A stretch of DNA of 64,000 bases, taken from positions 7,114 through 71,113 of the forward strand of contig JAXFGC010000024.1 in the NCBI GenBank assembly GCA_034171505.1, in the 5' to 3' direction. This DNA is from Candidatus Enteromonas sp. (GTDB taxonomy: Bacteria; Bacillota_I; Bacilli_A; RFN20; CAG-826). A program made the position numbers and the translations under genes. Under the pieces are notes generated by a model. That model saw only the letters and a list, made by a program, of their open reading frames with translations, was not told the DNA's origin and made no database searches. This document shows, piece by piece, positions 63,270-64,000 of the stretch; within the stretch, counting starts at the first letter, position 1, and every line of letters begins with the position of its first letter.

Positions 63270-64000
63270 ATGAAAAAATATCTTCCTTTCCTTTGTCTGA
63301 TTACCCTTGCTTCTTGCAGCGGAAATTCTTCCGAACCTATTGAGAGTGAATCCTCCACGGATTCCTTTTCCAGCCTTATAGAGGATGTCTCATCGGAGTC
63401 TTCGAAATCCTTAGAAGTACCTTCTTCTTCCGAACTTGCTTCAAGTGGGGATTCATCTTCCATCGAGGTCCCGTCTTCTTCGGAATCCACTTCTCCTGAA
63501 GAAAACGAATCTAGTAGCCTCCCCCTTTCCTTGTCGGGAAGTATCTCTTCAATCAAAGAAGGCGCGGCAGCTCTGCTAAAAGGTTCGGTGGCGAATGACA
63601 AAGGATACGTCTTCACCGAAGTGTCGGTTTCCTTATCCGCGCGCGTCTATTTTTATGGGGGAATGATTACGACCAAATCAGGATGCGGGAATCCCTACAG
63701 CGCTTTCGCGGTCGATGAAACCGGATATCTTTATTGCGACATTGATTCCAGCACTTATTCGGGGAATCCCAGCAAGTACGCGGGAACGGAGAACCAATAC
63801 TTTGAAATCAAAGGAACTTTATCCTCTTTCAAAGGGACTCCCCGCGTTCAAGTTACTTCCTTTGAATTCATCAAGAATCCTTCTTTTGAAGTGGGCAACG
63901 AAACCATAAAGAATTTGGCCTCTTCCATCCAAAATATGGGGGACGTCTATTCGTATATTGAAAATTTACCCATCAATTTAAAGGGTTGCGGATATGGAGA
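63270..64000 (+). CDS. lipoprotein with a Ser/Glu-rich linker, 3'-truncated by the window edge
   Basis: Not in the ORF track because no stop is reached. I translated it from ATG 63270: MKKYLPFLCLITLASCSGNSS... (lipobox LASC). It is open to nt 63998. Confidence 0.65.
   Translation, partial: MKKYLPFLCLITLASCSGNSSEPIESESSTDSFSSLIEDVSSESSKSLEVPSSSELASSGDSSSIEVPSSSESTSPEENESSSLPLSLSGSISSIKEGAAALLKGSVANDKGYVFTEVSVSLSARVYFYGGMITTKSGCGNPYSAFAVDETGYLYCDIDSSTYSGNPSKYAGTENQYFEIKGTLSSFKGTPRVQVTSFEFIKNPSFEVGNETIKNLASSIQNMGDVYSYIENLPINLKGCGYG

Noticed and set aside
63221-63616. A listed 131-aa minus-strand ORF, acidic and Ser-rich.
   Set aside because: It is the antisense image of the Ser/Glu-rich linker of the plus-strand lipoprotein gene starting at 63270. 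That gene has a signal peptide and lipobox and stays open to the window end.

Overview
This is a densely coding 64-kb chromosomal segment with intermediate GC content (judged by eye). It uses the standard genetic code, since TGA acts as a stop (for example at the miaB/miaA GTGA junction). It looks like a Bacillota organism of the Erysipelotrichia/Acholeplasma (Mollicutes-like) type. I support about 62 protein genes, one RNase P RNA (rnpB), one FMN riboswitch, and several intrinsic terminators and promoters. Almost everything is housekeeping, arranged as blocks syntenic with Bacillus subtilis as I recall that map:
- yhaM-hit-prsA
- sufCDSUB
- mnmG-rsmG-soj-spo0J
- cmk-der-hup
- dnaD-nth-recU
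- gpsB-rnpB
- pgsA-cinA-recA-(x)-rny-ymdB-miaB
- DUF951...ychF

Many gene junctions overlap by 1-26 nt (ATGA, GTGA, TAATG), which suggests translational coupling. I recognised no rRNA, tRNA, CRISPR array, prophage, transposase or defence genes. I did not find a convincing multi-gene novel system; this reads as an ordinary core region with a few local oddities. The most noteworthy are:
1. A 475-bp element bounded by 26/27-matching 27-bp inverted repeats, inserted in a terminator T-tract (6101-6575).
2. A MiaB protein whose C-terminus looks like a fused YmcA/RicA (YlbF-family) domain, next to rny-ymdB.
3. A 205-aa head-and-neck-only CCA-type nucleotidyltransferase that looks leaderless.
4. Three palindromic TTTTC-N2-3-GAAAATG repeats plus a perfect cre-consensus match upstream of hup.
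5. Two MacB-like fused ABC genes plus csp sitting between a DUF951 gene and ychF.
6. Six genes with a -10 box 6-10 nt upstream of the ATG and no Shine-Dalgarno sequence.

All family assignments come from reading motifs by eye. No database search was run.
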